Below are positions 50,118 to 63,925 of a DNA stretch of 64,000 bases, in pieces (within the stretch, counting starts at the first letter, position 1; each line of letters opens with the position of its first letter). The position numbers were made by a program, and so were the translations under genes. A model generated the notes under the pieces. The model was not told where the DNA came from and ran no database searches. It saw only the letters and a program-made list of their open reading frames with translations. The stretch is taken from assembly GCA_028534125.1 (NCBI GenBank), contig CM052817.1, forward strand, positions 45,634,001 to 45,698,000, given 5' to 3'. Origin of the DNA: Lama glama (taxonomy: Eukaryota).

Positions 50118-51824
50118 AGTAGAGAATCCAGCCATCTAGACCTATAGAATGCCCAAGGCTGACCTGAAGAAGTCAACCTGTAGCTATCAAACTCTAGAAG
50201 ATCTTAGACTTCATGGCTGGCTCTTCATGGGACTACTTTTTAAACCTGACAACAACCAGAAGGAATCCAGTTGTATAAAACATGATCGCTAGAAGACTTG
50301 AAGCAAAACAGATGACTTCTAACAAGATGTCTTAAGAACCAGGCTCTACTGTGTCTATACATCAAGATCACATTTATTTTCGTGAGGGGAACAGCCACGT
50401 TATCTGCCTGGGTTACCAGCACACCTAATTATAGCAGCATCCACACTGCTGGTGACAGCAGATATGGTCTCCTGCCCAGGAGATTATCTCGTGGCTCAAC
50501 AGTTTTGAGCCAATTTCAACACAACAAACCCGACTTACCTCATTCTTCTATCATCACTAATTAAAGACACCCTTCTGCTAGAGGCAGGCAGGAACTTTAC
50601 TTTTTTTTAAGGTTTCAAACAAGTGCTAGAATAAAGATTTCTCAGAGATAGTTTCTATCGGTCAATGTATAACATGGATGCAGAAGAAGCACAATTGAAA
50701 CTGCCAAGATGGAACACAGAAGTCTGCGCATTGATACACAATTCAAAAACTGATCTGCTGTATCCTCTTCCTCCTCCTCCTCTCCTCCTTTCTTTGAATC
50801 CCTGATGCCTGTGGAGTGGGGCTGCTGGTGGCTATCATTTTACAGAGTGCATAAGCTGGAAGCCCACGATGACAATTACAATGCTGACAGCAGTTAGCTC
50901 TTCCATCGCCTCCACCTCAGCCCCAGCACTGAATGTTTATCTGTGTCATAACTTAATCCTCACAAACAGTCCCGAATTAGGGATCAGTATTCTAGTCCCA
51001 TTTCACAAACAAAGACACTGAACACAGAGGGATGAATAAACTTGCCCTCTGGTCCATGTCCTTAACCACCATGAGCTGCATTCATGACTTCATCTCATCT
51101 TCTGGACAACTGTGACAGATAGGTATTAGCAGCCTTATTTTTGCAAGTGAAGACATTAAGGATCAGGGAGATTATAATTTGCCCAAGGCCGCCTAAATAA
51201 TAAGTAGAAGGGGCAGTGTCGAACCTGATTGCCGAGGCCACTTCCTCCCTCCACACGGTACCGCTGCTGGCGACGGTGGGCGTTGTGGGGTAGGTGGGGA
51301 AGGAGTAGAAAAGAGCCCTGGAAGGTTCAGGGCCGTTCATTTTTCGTAAATCGCATCCCAAAGTGGCTTAGGTTACAGAAAGATGTGGCTCTCCAGGCAG
51401 GAGATGCTGTGACAAAACTAGGGGTCACGGGACCCAGAAGAGCAGGAGTGTAAAAACAGACAGGTAATGCATTTACCGACACCTTCAGAGGGAACCTGAA
51501 TTTGGGTAAAGATGAAACTCCTGAGCCACTGTTAGCAGAGCTTGCAAGGAGCACCGTTTTTCTGGTTGTGAAGCTGCCCTTTCAAGTGGACTATTCTGTG
51601 CATTTGCCAGGACATTGGCTGGGCCAGGGCGATAGCCCATGGTTGTGGGCCAGAAGCTAATGCTTCCCTCATGGGCTGTGTTTCAGTCACTTGCTGCTCC
51701 AGCCAAGTGAGCTAAAAAAACCACAGACAACATACCTCTCGTCATGTTATTGTTCTCAGAAGTCTGGGACAATAGGAATCAAACACATTTCCAGGCAAGG
51801 CAAAATTCAACTCTAGGTACACAG

Positions 51825-51852
<28 letters not shown>
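51825..51852. repeat. (CA)n microsatellite
   Basis: Direct reading. Confidence 0.95.
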
Positions 51853-51861
<9 letters not shown>

Positions 51862-53654
51862 TGCATGCACGTTTGTCAATTGAGCCAAATGTATTTTTGA
51901 TGAGCGATTAAGTGGGGCTTTCCAAGAATCTGGCAAAATAATACTTGAAGGGGTTTCAGCACAGCCTTAAGGTTCATGGGAGTTATTAGCTTCCTTATGC
52001 TTCATTTTTCAGAAACAACTAACAGAGCAGCAGAAAGGGGTTTTCCTTAGGGGGTTTCTAAACAGGGGTCGGATCACTTTACCCATCCTTAAGTTTGTAG
52101 TGCCAAAGATAAGTATCACTCTTGTACCACTGGGGGCCTTTCTACATTAAGAGGGAGGACCTGCACTATAGGGGAGAGAAACAATGACTAGCTCGATTTA
52201 GGCATTCACTGAATTTACCTAGTGTTGACAATGCTTGGAGGAAAAACATGCTTTAAATTTTTAAAATGAAACGTTCTGCAATTTTAGCCAGCACTCAGTA
52301 GAACGGATCTTAATGGCCTGCTAACAAAATTCTCCAACCCAGTAAGTTCTGAGATGGCAGGACTGCATCCCATCACCGATGTGACCTCAGTGCTTAGAAG
52401 AGTGCCTGGCACATGGCTATCGCTGTCACTGTCTATTGAGCACCTGGCCTACTGGGTCCCTCCCAGCTGACCACTTGGATGACAGTGATGATAATGATGG
52501 TGGTGGCAGTGCTAGGTACTTGGGAAGCAGTGTCCGTTAATCCTCCTAACAATGGTTTTTAACCAGGTAGTTAAAACGATGGCCCTTATCTTTCAGGGGA
52601 GGGACGTGAGGGTTTGTGAAACTCTGTCACACTCCCAGGTGATGGTAGAAACTTCCAGAAAGCAGTAGAGCTGGGATTTGAACTGAGGTCTCCCTGCTTC
52701 TGGAGTCTGAATTTTTAGTCACTGTTCTAGTCTGCCTGTCTGTAGTCAGGGGTAGGCTTCAGGTGGTAAACTTGAATTCTTGCTGGAGTCAAGAGGAAGG
52801 ATCCTGAGGTTATTTTAACATCATTTTTGGCAAGTGTGTGGCGAGAGTGAAGTGTTTCTATTTTGCTCCACACACCATGGAGGTCGTATTTTTGGTGACC
52901 TAGCCCTTCAGAAACTCACCACTGGTGATTCCAGAATGACTCTAATGTTTCCCCAGATGCTCCTTTTTCTAAGCAATGCTGCTCCCCACCCCCCACCCAT
53001 CTCCCAAACACAGAGAGAAATTCTGCTGCAAAGTGGCAGTGAGGTACCCAGACAAGTTCATAGAAGCCAACTTAACTCAGAATTAAACATAGTGCATCCA
53101 TGGTGATGAACTAGTAATCAAGCCAGATGGAAAAGGGTAGCTTTCAGTAGGAGATAATTCATAAAGCTGATGCTCAAGGAAATACAGACTTAATGAAGAG
53201 AAAGTTTTCTTCTTTGTTTGTTTGTCTTAATTTGAAGACCTCTGGATCCTTTTATAAAAGATACAGGTAATGCTGGCACTTTAATTCCACTTTCTCTTTG
53301 AAGGCTGGCTTTCCTGTCCATTGTCCCTGAGATAGCAGTGATATTACAAGGCACTCACACTTGACACAGCATTAGATTGGTCTGGTTCACATGTAGAGCA
53401 AAAGATGGAAGGAGATAAAAGGGAAGGGGGTGTTCCCAAGTGGGTGCTGGTCTGGGTGAGGGTGACTGGAGGAGATGAGAGAGGGCAGGCAGCAAGGGGG
53501 ACGTGTGCATGGGAGATGAGACCCTAAATATGTGTGCTCCACATGGGGAGCCAGGACACGCTCCTCGAGGAAGAAGCATAGCTGTGACGAGAAAAAGTTG
53601 GGAGCATGCATGTGTGTGGTGAGGGTGCCTGGATGATTGTGTTCTACGTCCAGT

Positions 53655-54230
53655 TGTTCATTTATTCAATGTGTCGAGCATCTTCTTTGTACCGACACTA
53701 TGCTCACAGGTAAATTCTGGATCCTCACGCAGCTCACATTTTTGTGGGGAAGAGACAACAGACAAGCAAGCATATATAGAAGAAAGCAAATAAAAAGCAT
53801 AGACAGTGATAATAGCCAGGATGAAACTCACTGGGGCACTAAGAGAGTCCCAGACCGGAGGAGAAGTCTCCTGGAGGATGTAACCTGGAAGCCGTGCACG
53901 GGGGAGAGCTCGGAGAAGAGCGTCCCAGCGAGGGGACCAACAAGAACCGAGGACCTGGACAGACAGAGAACCTGGTGCGTTCTAATGTTGGACAGAAAGC
54001 CAGGGTGACTGTGGCGCGGTGGTTAACAGAGAGAAATGTGTGATCAGCAAGAAGAGGTGGGCAGGGCGGGTCCAAGAAGGAACTCAGGGCCAGGCTGAGG
54101 GGTCTATTTAATTCTAAGGGAAGGGGAACCCACTGGGCATTTGAGGGAGGGAGTGACAGGTCGGAGGGGCTCCCACAAAGCTGGCTCCTGCAGCTGGGAG
54201 GACAATGTGCGGGGGTCAGGGAGTGGCCGT
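53655..54230 (-). mobile_element. L2 fragment
   Basis: ttcatttattcaatgtgtcgagcatc...gcagctcacattttt...tttgagggagggagtgacagg. Confidence 0.65.
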
Positions 54231-55038
54231 GCACATCACGGCAGCAGGCGGCCACCTGTCCTCACTACAGGCACCGCACAGCCTGGACAACCAGATTGCC
54301 ACTTGCCTCTTGGCATTTTACAGCTGGAAGGACACTCGGTGTGAGGAATGTGGTTTTTGAGTCTGGGATTTCACAGAGCAGTAGGCAACAGAAGTCGGGG
54401 ACTCACAGAGTACTACCACTTTCTCTTTGGCTAAGGAAAGTAAAAACTCAGCCACCGTCTGTGATCACCTTCTTTTCATAAGAGAAAGGATATTTTAAAA
54501 CCAAAAATATAAGACTACAATCTCATGGGGAAAAAAATCAGTTTTATCGAAAACAGTACACCTTCCTTATATTTTCAACGTCTTGCTTTAGAAACAGTTA
54601 GAACCTTCTGACAGACTGGGCACACCCCCCCACATCAGCATTCAGAGCATCGGTATTTAGGAGCCACTGAGCCCACCCATCTCTCCCATTTCACAGATGA
54701 GACCAGGTGAGGTTCAGGAGGCATGTGGCTTTCTCAGGGTGAGGGCCTGAGTTAAGGGCAAAGGTCTGAGGTCCCCCTCTCCTGCCTCCAGGTTCATTCT
54801 CATTCCATTACATCATCATGCTGTATATTCCAACTATTTCTTCTGCTGCCAACTTGCAGCGACTGTCCCATGTATTTCTGTCCAGTGGGGAGGACACTGG
54901 CCATTTTCACTTCCCTGCCAGTATTTCTGAGAGCTAAGGTCCTTATCAAGAAACAAGTATTCAGCACAACTGCTCTCAGCCTGGAGCCCAACAAAATGGA
55001 ATTCTGTTCTTGATAAAGAAGACAGAAGTGTGTCTTAC

Positions 55039-55117
55039 CTGATCTTTAGATATGCTGCCACTCCAAACACCAGCAACACCACAGCAATGACTGTCACCGT
55101 AATGGCCGCGATGCTGC
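55039..55117 (-). CDS. PARM1: PARM1 penultimate coding exon (79 nt): transmembrane helix, (G)[25 protein letters not shown](R)
   Basis: Minus strand reads ctctccttcacag|GC AGC ATC GCG ... CTA AAG ATC AG|gtaag. The acceptor has a pyrimidine tract and the donor is GTAAG. The translation matches the recalled PARM1 TM segment, and the phase joins the 43581 exon in frame. Confidence 0.96.
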
Positions 55118-57353
55118 CTGTGAAGGAGAGAAGGCACAGAAAGAAGATGAAGGAAGGGTATTCATTTCAGATCATTCTGCGACAAAACCCTGGAGCTTAA
55201 TGCTGCTACCAAAATGCTTCTCAGCCTAGGCTAATTCCGGTAAATGGCCAATATCTATCAAGACTTTTTGGCTGGCCTGGAGTTCAGAAAACAGTCCACA
55301 GTAATATCTGATTATCTTTTAAAGAATGCTGCCAATCTGTTGCTGCTGTGTGCAGGGGTAAGGGATTTAAAATCTCCAGACATCTTATTTTCTTCTTTTA
55401 TATGCTCTAGCTTGTCTTTCGGGCACTTGCAAAATATTGGAAGACTTAGGATGTTTTATTCAAGTGTCATGACAAAATAATTTGGTTGGCTTTTTAATAA
55501 ACCAGAACCACACAACTATATCAGTCATGTCCATTTCAAAAGGGTCATCTTGGTAGGAGATGCATTAACTTTAATGATGCCATCAAATCAAAGCATTAAA
55601 AAAAAATGCCTCTTTGGGAGGTGTGTTCAGTTTTCATCCTTGATAAGTGAATTTGATTTTGTAGAGGATAAAGTCAAGTTTGGTGCATAAAATAAGGTCA
55701 AGTCTGGTAGGTAACACTATTTGTTGTTTGTAGAAACAACCAGGTCCAACATGAATGTTTTATTGTGTAGTTTAAAAATCTGGTTCCAAAGGTAACTATT
55801 AATGGGCAGTTAAAAAAAAAAACCCTTTGAGCATGTAGTCTTGTAAGAATAACCATATTGCTTCCAGAGATTACTACTTCGAAGCACAACACTCTTTTTG
55901 TGTGAGCTGCTGACTAATAATGTGTATGTTTCAGTTATATTTCACTTCAGAAATGCCAAGAATCAATTGGGCTCTTGTCCCCTAATAGTTAAAGTGACTT
56001 TTTGGCACTAAAGTTGGTATTAGGAACCCCATGTACCCTTTCAGGCCACTGAGAAATTATTTTCTGCTTCAACAAATGAATGAGACTGTCAAACACACTG
56101 GAAAGAGCATCAACTCTGGAGTCCATGTGGATTCAAGTGTGGTTCCATCATTACTGGCTATGTGACCGTGGGCTGTTTACTTAACCCCGTCGACCAACAC
56201 TCACCTGCACTGACAGAGAAAGGAGAGCTGTTCTACCCTCCCACGTAGTTTTAAGAAAATTAAACGAGATGCTTGTGCCAAAGGCAAAGTCCTATCCAAA
56301 TATACCTTCCTGGACCCATGCCCGTCTCTTGTGACAGCATCTTAAAGGTGATGGGTCCGCCTCACATTTTTGGAGATTTACCATTTGTAGATTATTTTGC
56401 CATTTCTCCTATTATTCCCTCCCCCACCTTATAAATAGCTTTTGTACACTGTTCTTTTTTTGAGCCCTTCCACCAAAGGAATTAGAGCAGAGCTAGGATG
56501 AAAATCAGTCTACTCATTAACTCTTTAGTAACTCCCCCAAAGTTTTGGGTGAAAGAAGGCTACGGCAAACATCCAGAGTGAGAAGGCCCTCACTTGTTAT
56601 AAATTCTAAAATAGAGCCAAGGAGGTACTGCAAATGTAGAAACTAAGACCAGACCTTGATGTGTCCACACAGGTTATTATCAGTACATTTTCCTTCCCCC
56701 TTTTACTACTGTCAAGATAGAATTATGGCACTGAATACTCAAATGTGCAGACTGGATCAAGTAAAGTTCGAAGTCAGATCCCCTTATGGGAAACCTCTAC
56801 TCCTACTTTGAAAGGCTTCACTTAGCTGCTCAGCCTCCAAACTATGCTGAAATTAGAACAATTCAAAGTTCATTGAAGCCCCTTAACAACTCTTTTAAGA
56901 GCTTGTGAAATGAGATTATTACTGCCAGGTAAGGTGATGGGGATATTGTCAAGATTCAAAAAGATATAGTGATTGCAATTAGAAGCAGTTTTGAAAACTG
57001 ATCTTTAAATTTGATTTCCCCCTTTCAAAAAAATAAATGGGAGAAGAGAAAGAATATAGTTGATTTCTCTTTAAGACCCTTCTTTCTTGCCCCAGGATAC
57101 ATTTAATACAGGAAATCATAGGTCTGACTTTTTTCAGTTTCTTCCGTAATTCTAGGTAGTTGGATTTCCTCCAACTCTGTGATTTACTGCATATATTTAT
57201 ATACCACCTCTTACTAAAGATAAAACATGCAGTTTCCCAACCCAAGTGCTGTTTTTTTTTTTTAATAGTGAGTGATAGAGTGATCCACTTCCTCTCTAAG
57301 TGACTGGTGACTGTCTGGCTGTCAGGGCAGTCTTCAAATGGGGCTCTTCAAGA

Positions 57354-57720
57354 AGGAGAAAGAAAAATACCATATGAGATCGCTCATATGTGGAATCTAA
57401 AAAAAAAAGAAGATAAATACAAAACAGAAACAGACTCATAGACATAGAATACAAACTTGTGGTTGCCAAGTGGGCAGCGGGTGGGAAGGGACAGACTGGG
57501 AGTTCAAAATTTGTAGATACTGACAGGCATATGTAGAATAGATAAACAAGATTATACTGTATAGCACAGGGAAATATACACAAGGTCTTGTGGTAGCTCA
57601 CAAAGAAAAAAATGTGACAATGAATATATATATGTTCACGTATAACTGAAAAATTGTGCTCTACACTGGAATTTGACACAACATTGTAAAATGAATATAA
57701 CTCAATAAAAAATGTAAAAA
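57354..57720 (+). mobile_element. Young camelid-type L1 3' end (367 bp) with 18-bp TSD, in the intron upstream of the PARM1 TM exon
   Basis: TSD aaatggggc(t/c)cttcaaga at 57336-57353 and 57721-57738, with one mismatch. The reverse complement aligns closely with the 44434 copy. Confidence 0.95.
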
Positions 57721-60720
57721 AAATGGGGCCCTTCAAGATCACCTACTAGTTCACAAAGGGCAGCCAGTGTGACCTGAGCTGGAATTAGCAGGTGACTTTT
57801 CCCCCATGGGCCCTTGAGGGCAGCTGAGCAAAGGGCCACTTCTGAGGGTTGGTACAGCCCCAACGGAGGCCAAAACCTGGGAAGGAAGACAGGCAGTCCT
57901 TAAATATTCAGGCCACCTTATGAACTGTTCTGTCACCCCCCAGATCTCCTTGGAGGGTGCCACGGTGGGGGCCAGGGTCTTCTGGAACTAGAAGACCTTA
58001 ATTGGCCCCTGCCTAGGAGGTCTTGGGTCCTGAGCTCAATTTCCCCTCCACAGCAGCTGCCACCCTCAGAAGCAGCCGGCAAGCTTGCCCTGGAAAGTTC
58101 CTCACCTCAGGGCATCCCTTGAGCATCTGAGGTGACACAAGCATAACTTTACATGGTCAGGGAAAAGGCTCGATGTCTTCCTTGCAAGAACAGATGTCAT
58201 TTCCCCCGGGCTCTGGTTAAAGTGGAATTCCTCTTCTTCCCCTAGTCTTTCTTCATTTGAGATGAGGCAGGAGAAAAAAAAAAAAAAAAGAGGATGGTAT
58301 GGCTGGGGCAGGGAGACTCTGTCCTGTGAAGGGGGGAGAGACGGGGAGGGGGGTGCCTGCGCCCTGGGAGTGGGGGATGGGAAGGTGGCCCACGCCAGTC
58401 TTCCTGGTTGGGATGTGTGGGTTACAGGCTCAGTGTGACTCAAGCTGTAAGGCCCTGGAACCAGAAGAAATTAAGAGAGAACTGGAGTATTTTCAAAGCT
58501 GGAATGCAAGAATATTCCATGATGCTAGCACATCCCCCTGTGCCCACCTGTTCTGCCTGACCAGAGTGTTGTTGTAAAGCTAGGAGCCAAAGCCTCCTTG
58601 AATGCTGCACCTCTCCGAAGGCAGGGATTTCTCAGGGGGCCATTTCACCACTTTCCTAACAACTCAGAACAAAAGAACCAGAACAGGCTACAGAATAACC
58701 TTGTCTAAACTTGCAGGTGGTTACTTTGGTCCAGCGCTGGGCCAAGAACTTCACAGCTATCACCTCATTTAATTCTCTTTATGAATGAGTAGGTTTAGTC
58801 CCATTTTAGGGATGGGCAGGTAGGGCTCAGGCAGATTTAGGAGCTTGATGCAGGCTTTACAATCTGGTTAATGATTAAGCTAACAGGACTATTTCCTGGG
58901 GTTTGCATGTTTAATCATTAATCTACTGGTTACTTCCCTGGCCCTTTTCTCAGCTCGACCAACTCCTACACTTTCTTCATGACGACTAAGTACCGACCTT
59001 CAGAAAGCTCTCCTGATGCCCCCAGGCAAGATGTAGAGCTGCCGTGTGGTCTCAGCGGCTCCTTGTGTCTGTTGCTTTCAAGCACTTTGCGCTGTGTGTT
59101 TGAGCTTCCCTACACATAACCGTACTCCCCTTGCATCTCTCCTCTTCTCCCTGCTGTCTTAGCACCAAGCATAGTCTCTAGCCCATAGTGGATACTTAAA
59201 TCCTTTTTTAAATAAAATTTTGAATGATTAAATGGAATTTTGGCAAAGAAAGAAAAAAAGCTAACTGACAGTTTGGGGACCAATCACTGTGCTAAGAAAG
59301 TTCCCAGTCTCCCCACCTGTCCTTCTTGGAACCTCGGCTCCAGGCCTCACCCAAACATCTCTTCTTATGACGACAGCTATGGTCCAACCACCCCAGCGCA
59401 TGCTTGCCAGTGCCCATGGAAAACTGAGCTGGAGGAGCGTTATTTTAGGAATCTCTGTCTGAATAGAGTCAGATAATATCCTTGAAGTAGCCAGAGAAAA
59501 TCCCAGAAGGCCAGGCGCCTGGTCAGACCTGGTCAGACCACCCGAGGAAGAGGGCTTACCTGGGGGCATCACTCGCACTGCTTGACTCTGTTCTGTGCCT
59601 GGGCCATCCTGGAACCAACTATGGCATTACTTTAAGGGCTCCCTCCCCCAACGCCTGCCTCTCCTCCCACAGACAGCCCATCTTTTAACACACTCCTACT
59701 AGCCCCTTCCAGACGCAGGAAGTCCTCCACACTCAGGCGGGGCTCTGCTCCTGCCCAGACTACCTCCCCCTTCATTTGTCCTAAAGGTGCCTTCCTGTCT
59801 TCCTGGGCTCAGCAATGTTCCCAAACCTCAAGTGTTCCTCTGGGACTTGTCTCATGGAGGAGGTTTCTTTCTTCCCCATTTTAAAGGTGAAAGAGACATT
59901 TCATCTGACCTCTTTGGCAAAAGTATCCAGAAATGAGAATCTTAGGATGTGATGGTAGGAACCCAAACAGCCTCTGAAAGAAAGAGCCTCACTGGGCTCT
60001 TGAAAAAAGTTGTCACTGCTCTGAAAGAGCCAGGGGGCAGAAGAGGTGACTTCCCCCTGGTAACAGAAAGAAGGTGGCTTGTAACTGTGACTCCTGAACT
60101 ACCTTCTCCATGGAAACTCATCAGTCAGCTTATTTAGAATCCCGTGTGAGTACTCTGACCGAGTTCCCGGGTATGTGTGTGTGTCGGGTCTATTTTGAGA
60201 TGTCTTTAATGAACCTCCTGACTGTTTTTCAATATTCTTGCTCTTTTCTTTCCTCTTCCTGGTCCAGAGAATAGGTGAGAAGAGGAGCAGGTGGCCACTT
60301 CAGAGTGTGTGGCGGCTTCTCTAGCCAAGGTCACCAAGAGGAAAGGAACAGTATGTCTCGGGGGAATTCTTTCTCTTTCAAAGCACGTGTCTGTGGATGT
60401 GGGCGATGGGTGAGGAGAAGGGCTTAAGGGCTGACCTTTGAGTGCGCCCAAATCTCTCTTTATCACCCTGGGGAAAGCCTGCTCCCTCTTCACAGCCCAG
60501 TCTCCCATCGAGACTCCTTCCTTCAGACCCCGGTGGTCATGGCAATAGACAACTGCAAAAACAAAGCTCGCGGCAACTGGCGCTTCGTCACTTGCTCTGT
60601 GCCAGGGATTGCTGTAGAAGCCTCGCTCCTTTCACTTCAAAGACTCCTCCCCAGAACTCTAGAAGGCAGGCACTGTTGTTACCTGCATTGACACACGAGA
60701 AAACTGGGAGACTAAGGCTG

Positions 60721-61200
60721 AGAGACACACGGCTGGTCATGAGAGGCCCCGCACACGACGGCGTTCTCTAGAGGCCGTGCCGTTCCCCGCTGGGCTCTCC
60801 CGCCGCCCGGACTCTAGTGTCAGAGCCGAGTCCACCGGCGGATGAAACCCGCCACCCGCGCCTGTCCTCTGTCTGCCTGCTGTCCAGGAGCCGGGGCCCA
60901 GCGAGGGGCTGTGTCGGGGTTTGCCTCCTCTTATGGGCGCTGGCGAAGGGGGGTCTAAGCTCAGTGATTCAGTTAACTGCGAGGAGGACTAGTGAGCGGC
61001 AGACACCGTCGCAGAACGGCGACCTGAGGAGGGCCACGCCGCTGGTTTCCAGCCTGTGCTGCGATCAGGAGGGCTGCCTAATGCTTACTTCGCAGTATTT
61101 ACAACACCCCAGGGCACACAGGGACTGTGATTTGCTCTCGGGAGTGTGTCTGCGGGTGTGCGTGTGCAGGCATGAACGTGTAGGTTGTGATACGGGGGAG
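60721..61200. promoter_or_regulatory. Intronic CpG-island-like segment
   Basis: About 37 CpGs in 480 bp by manual count and GC-rich, in an otherwise CpG-depleted window. Confidence 0.55.
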
Positions 61201-63864
61201 AAAAAGGCGAAAAAGAAAATCTCAGTTTGGGGATACTATCAGTTGGGTGGATCCTAATTTGACCATTATTGAAGGTCGCTTTGACTTCTGGCCTTGAGTG
61301 CTGCTTGGCTTTACTGCTGTTTTTCCTCCTACTCTACTCCACGCCAAGGGCAGCTAAGCTTGTCTCCGTCTGACCCCAACAATCCCACAAGCCTCTCGCG
61401 ACTGAGCTCCCCAGGCTCCTCTTGAGCTGGGACAGTGCAGCGTGGACAGAAGCCACAGGCAGGCCTCTGAGGTTTTACTACCCAGTGGCAGAGATGAGAG
61501 TCAGGCTCGGGGACCACACAGGGGAGTGCAGGACTGGATGGACAGACAGGTGGGCGGGGAAGGTGGGAGATGGGTGGTACCAAACTCTGTGTTTCTGTCT
61601 CTAACTTGGGGAAGGGTTTGTGTCTATAAAAGTCAGAGTAGTCTTGAGAAGAGATGTGAATGAAACTGTTCTCTAAAGAATAGACAGAACTTGAAAAGAC
61701 AGCAGTGAAGGTTTGAGGCAAGAACTAGCCAGACAGAGAAAACACCTAACATTTCCAGGCTTGAAGGATTAGCACTGAACTTGGAGACAAGCACGTTGAC
61801 TGGTGTCCTCATCTAAAACCTGGGATGATCCTCTCCACTTCATAGGGCTCTTGGGAGAATCAGATGAGAGGAAGTGCTTTGCACATGAGGACAAATGAAG
61901 GCCTTTGAAAAGCCCGCTCCCTTCACATGATGGATTAGGAGACTGCGATACTGAGCGACTGAAGGAGTGATTTGCCTTATTGAAGGTCACACAACTTACA
62001 GAGGTGACAAAACTGAGGCCACAGTCGACATAAGATGGTGTAATGGAAATGAATAGGGACCATGAAATGGTTGGGTACTTGGGACCAGATCATGGAGAAT
62101 TGCTTGTTTGGGATTGACAGTGTGGGGAGGGGGAACCATGGAAGTGCTTTGGGCAGAAGCATGATTTGCAGGCACTTTTTCAAGTTCAACTTTCTCTTGG
62201 AAATCACCCCCAGTGGCGTCTGCTCATCTCGAACCCTCTTTTTCTAGGTGTTTGCCCTCTTACTTTCTATGGCACAATTCAATAAACTTATTCTAGTATT
62301 GAACTAATACTGACAAATGTAGCTTTGGGTAGTTATGCTTGTACATACAAGACAAAGACACATGAAGTACACTGTTACACTGATGGCTTTATGTGGACAC
62401 GTTCTGCATCCTCTCTTGACTGAAAGTCCCTTCAAGCCAAGGATGCCAAGTATATTTCTTTATTTGTCTAGATCCAAAGTAAGTAATGCATAAAATAACT
62501 TATTCTTCTGAAAGTGTAGCTATTTTTTAAACTGAACTTTATAAGCAGTTATGGTGCAAAATTAAAACTCCTTTATAAGGCATACAGCTTGCATGAAAAT
62601 CTGCTACAGAATTGTTTTTAATTAACGCAATCTAAGCTTGTCTCCGTAAGTTAGTCCTTTTCGCCACTGACCCATCCTCTCAACTCTTTAAATCATTAAA
62701 TAACTGCCACTCACATGGAGTGGCAGAGGTAAGCTTTATCAGCATGAGTCAAATATTATCACAACTGGAATCTTTTACTTCATGTTTATATGCTTAGCTA
62801 AAAGCCATTTAGTTAATGGGGATTGGTTAATGGGAAGACTTGGGATTCAAACTTTGGGGCAAGATCCCTGATATCTATACTTCTCCACATCTTGTAATCA
62901 GAAACCCTGATTTGGGGACTGGCTTTACTTTTCTCTAAAAGCATTTTACCTACTTGGGTAGCATACAGTTAAAAAGCTGTATGAGGAACATCAATCTCTG
63001 TTAAGATCATAAAAGATTTGCATTTGTGTTTCCTTCTTTCCTCATTTCTCTCCCCTGCAGACACATCAGCTGTACTTTAAGGATGCAGGGGGCACAGGTT
63101 TGTAATTGATGCCAACCAGGGCACACAAGTCGGCACAGTTCCTGGGTACCATGGGTTTAAAGTCGCTTGACTTCACTTAAAATTACAACCTTTACCAACA
63201 CAAATGAAGCCTCTTTCCCACCTGAAATTTGTCATAACTACCTGTTTAGGTCGCCTGATCCCAGCTTTCCTTTGAACAAGGCTGGGTTTCTAAAAACAGC
63301 ACACAGCGTGGCTCATCCGCTTTTCCCATAGCATTAGGACAAGCTGACCAGCACACAGCAGCGTCTGATCTGTGTCAAAATCCAGGAGCATTCCCCTCAT
63401 CCAGCTCTCGCTAGACCAAAAGGAGCCCGCAGGGAGCGAGACTTACTCCTGAAACAGGGGCGACCCTTACATCTGAATGCTATTAACCAACTCTCCTTAA
63501 AGACTGCTCCGAATTCAGTCTTGGCTTAACGACAGTTCTCAGGGGACATCTCGAGTATTACGCCAAGGGCAGTAATAAAAGCATTAAGAAAAACAATCCA
63601 GCAGTATTTTATTTGCTAGAGTACCGTAAACAGTAATACTCAGAAATACGGATTTACTTTGTCGCACCTTATTACGGAAGTAAGTTTTTTGCCTTAATCC
63701 AGCTCAGCCATAGAGGGAACTCTCCAAAGTATAAGAGAAATGTAAAAAGATATCAAAATACACCAAGATTTTTTCTTAATGATGTTTCTTTTACTTTTCC
63801 AGGGTCAGCAGAAAAATACTATATTACTATTTTACAATTTTATTAAAATTTAATAAATAATTAT

Positions 63865-63925
63865 AGAAAAGAAAGAAAGAGAAAAAAAAAGAAAGAAAGA
63901 AAGAAAAGAAAAGGAAAAGAAAAAC
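63865..63925. repeat. A-rich (GAAA)n low-complexity tract
   Basis: Direct reading. Confidence 0.9.

Noticed and set aside
55039..55117. Circular RNA from the TM exon driven by the inverted L1s
   Set aside because: A single 79-nt exon is very small for back-splicing and one repeat is ~10 kb away. Skipping is the more plausible outcome.
57296..57742. 148-aa ORF similar to the 106-aa ORF at 44478-44798, resembling paralogous genes
   Set aside because: Both are antisense translations of the same L1 3' UTR family.
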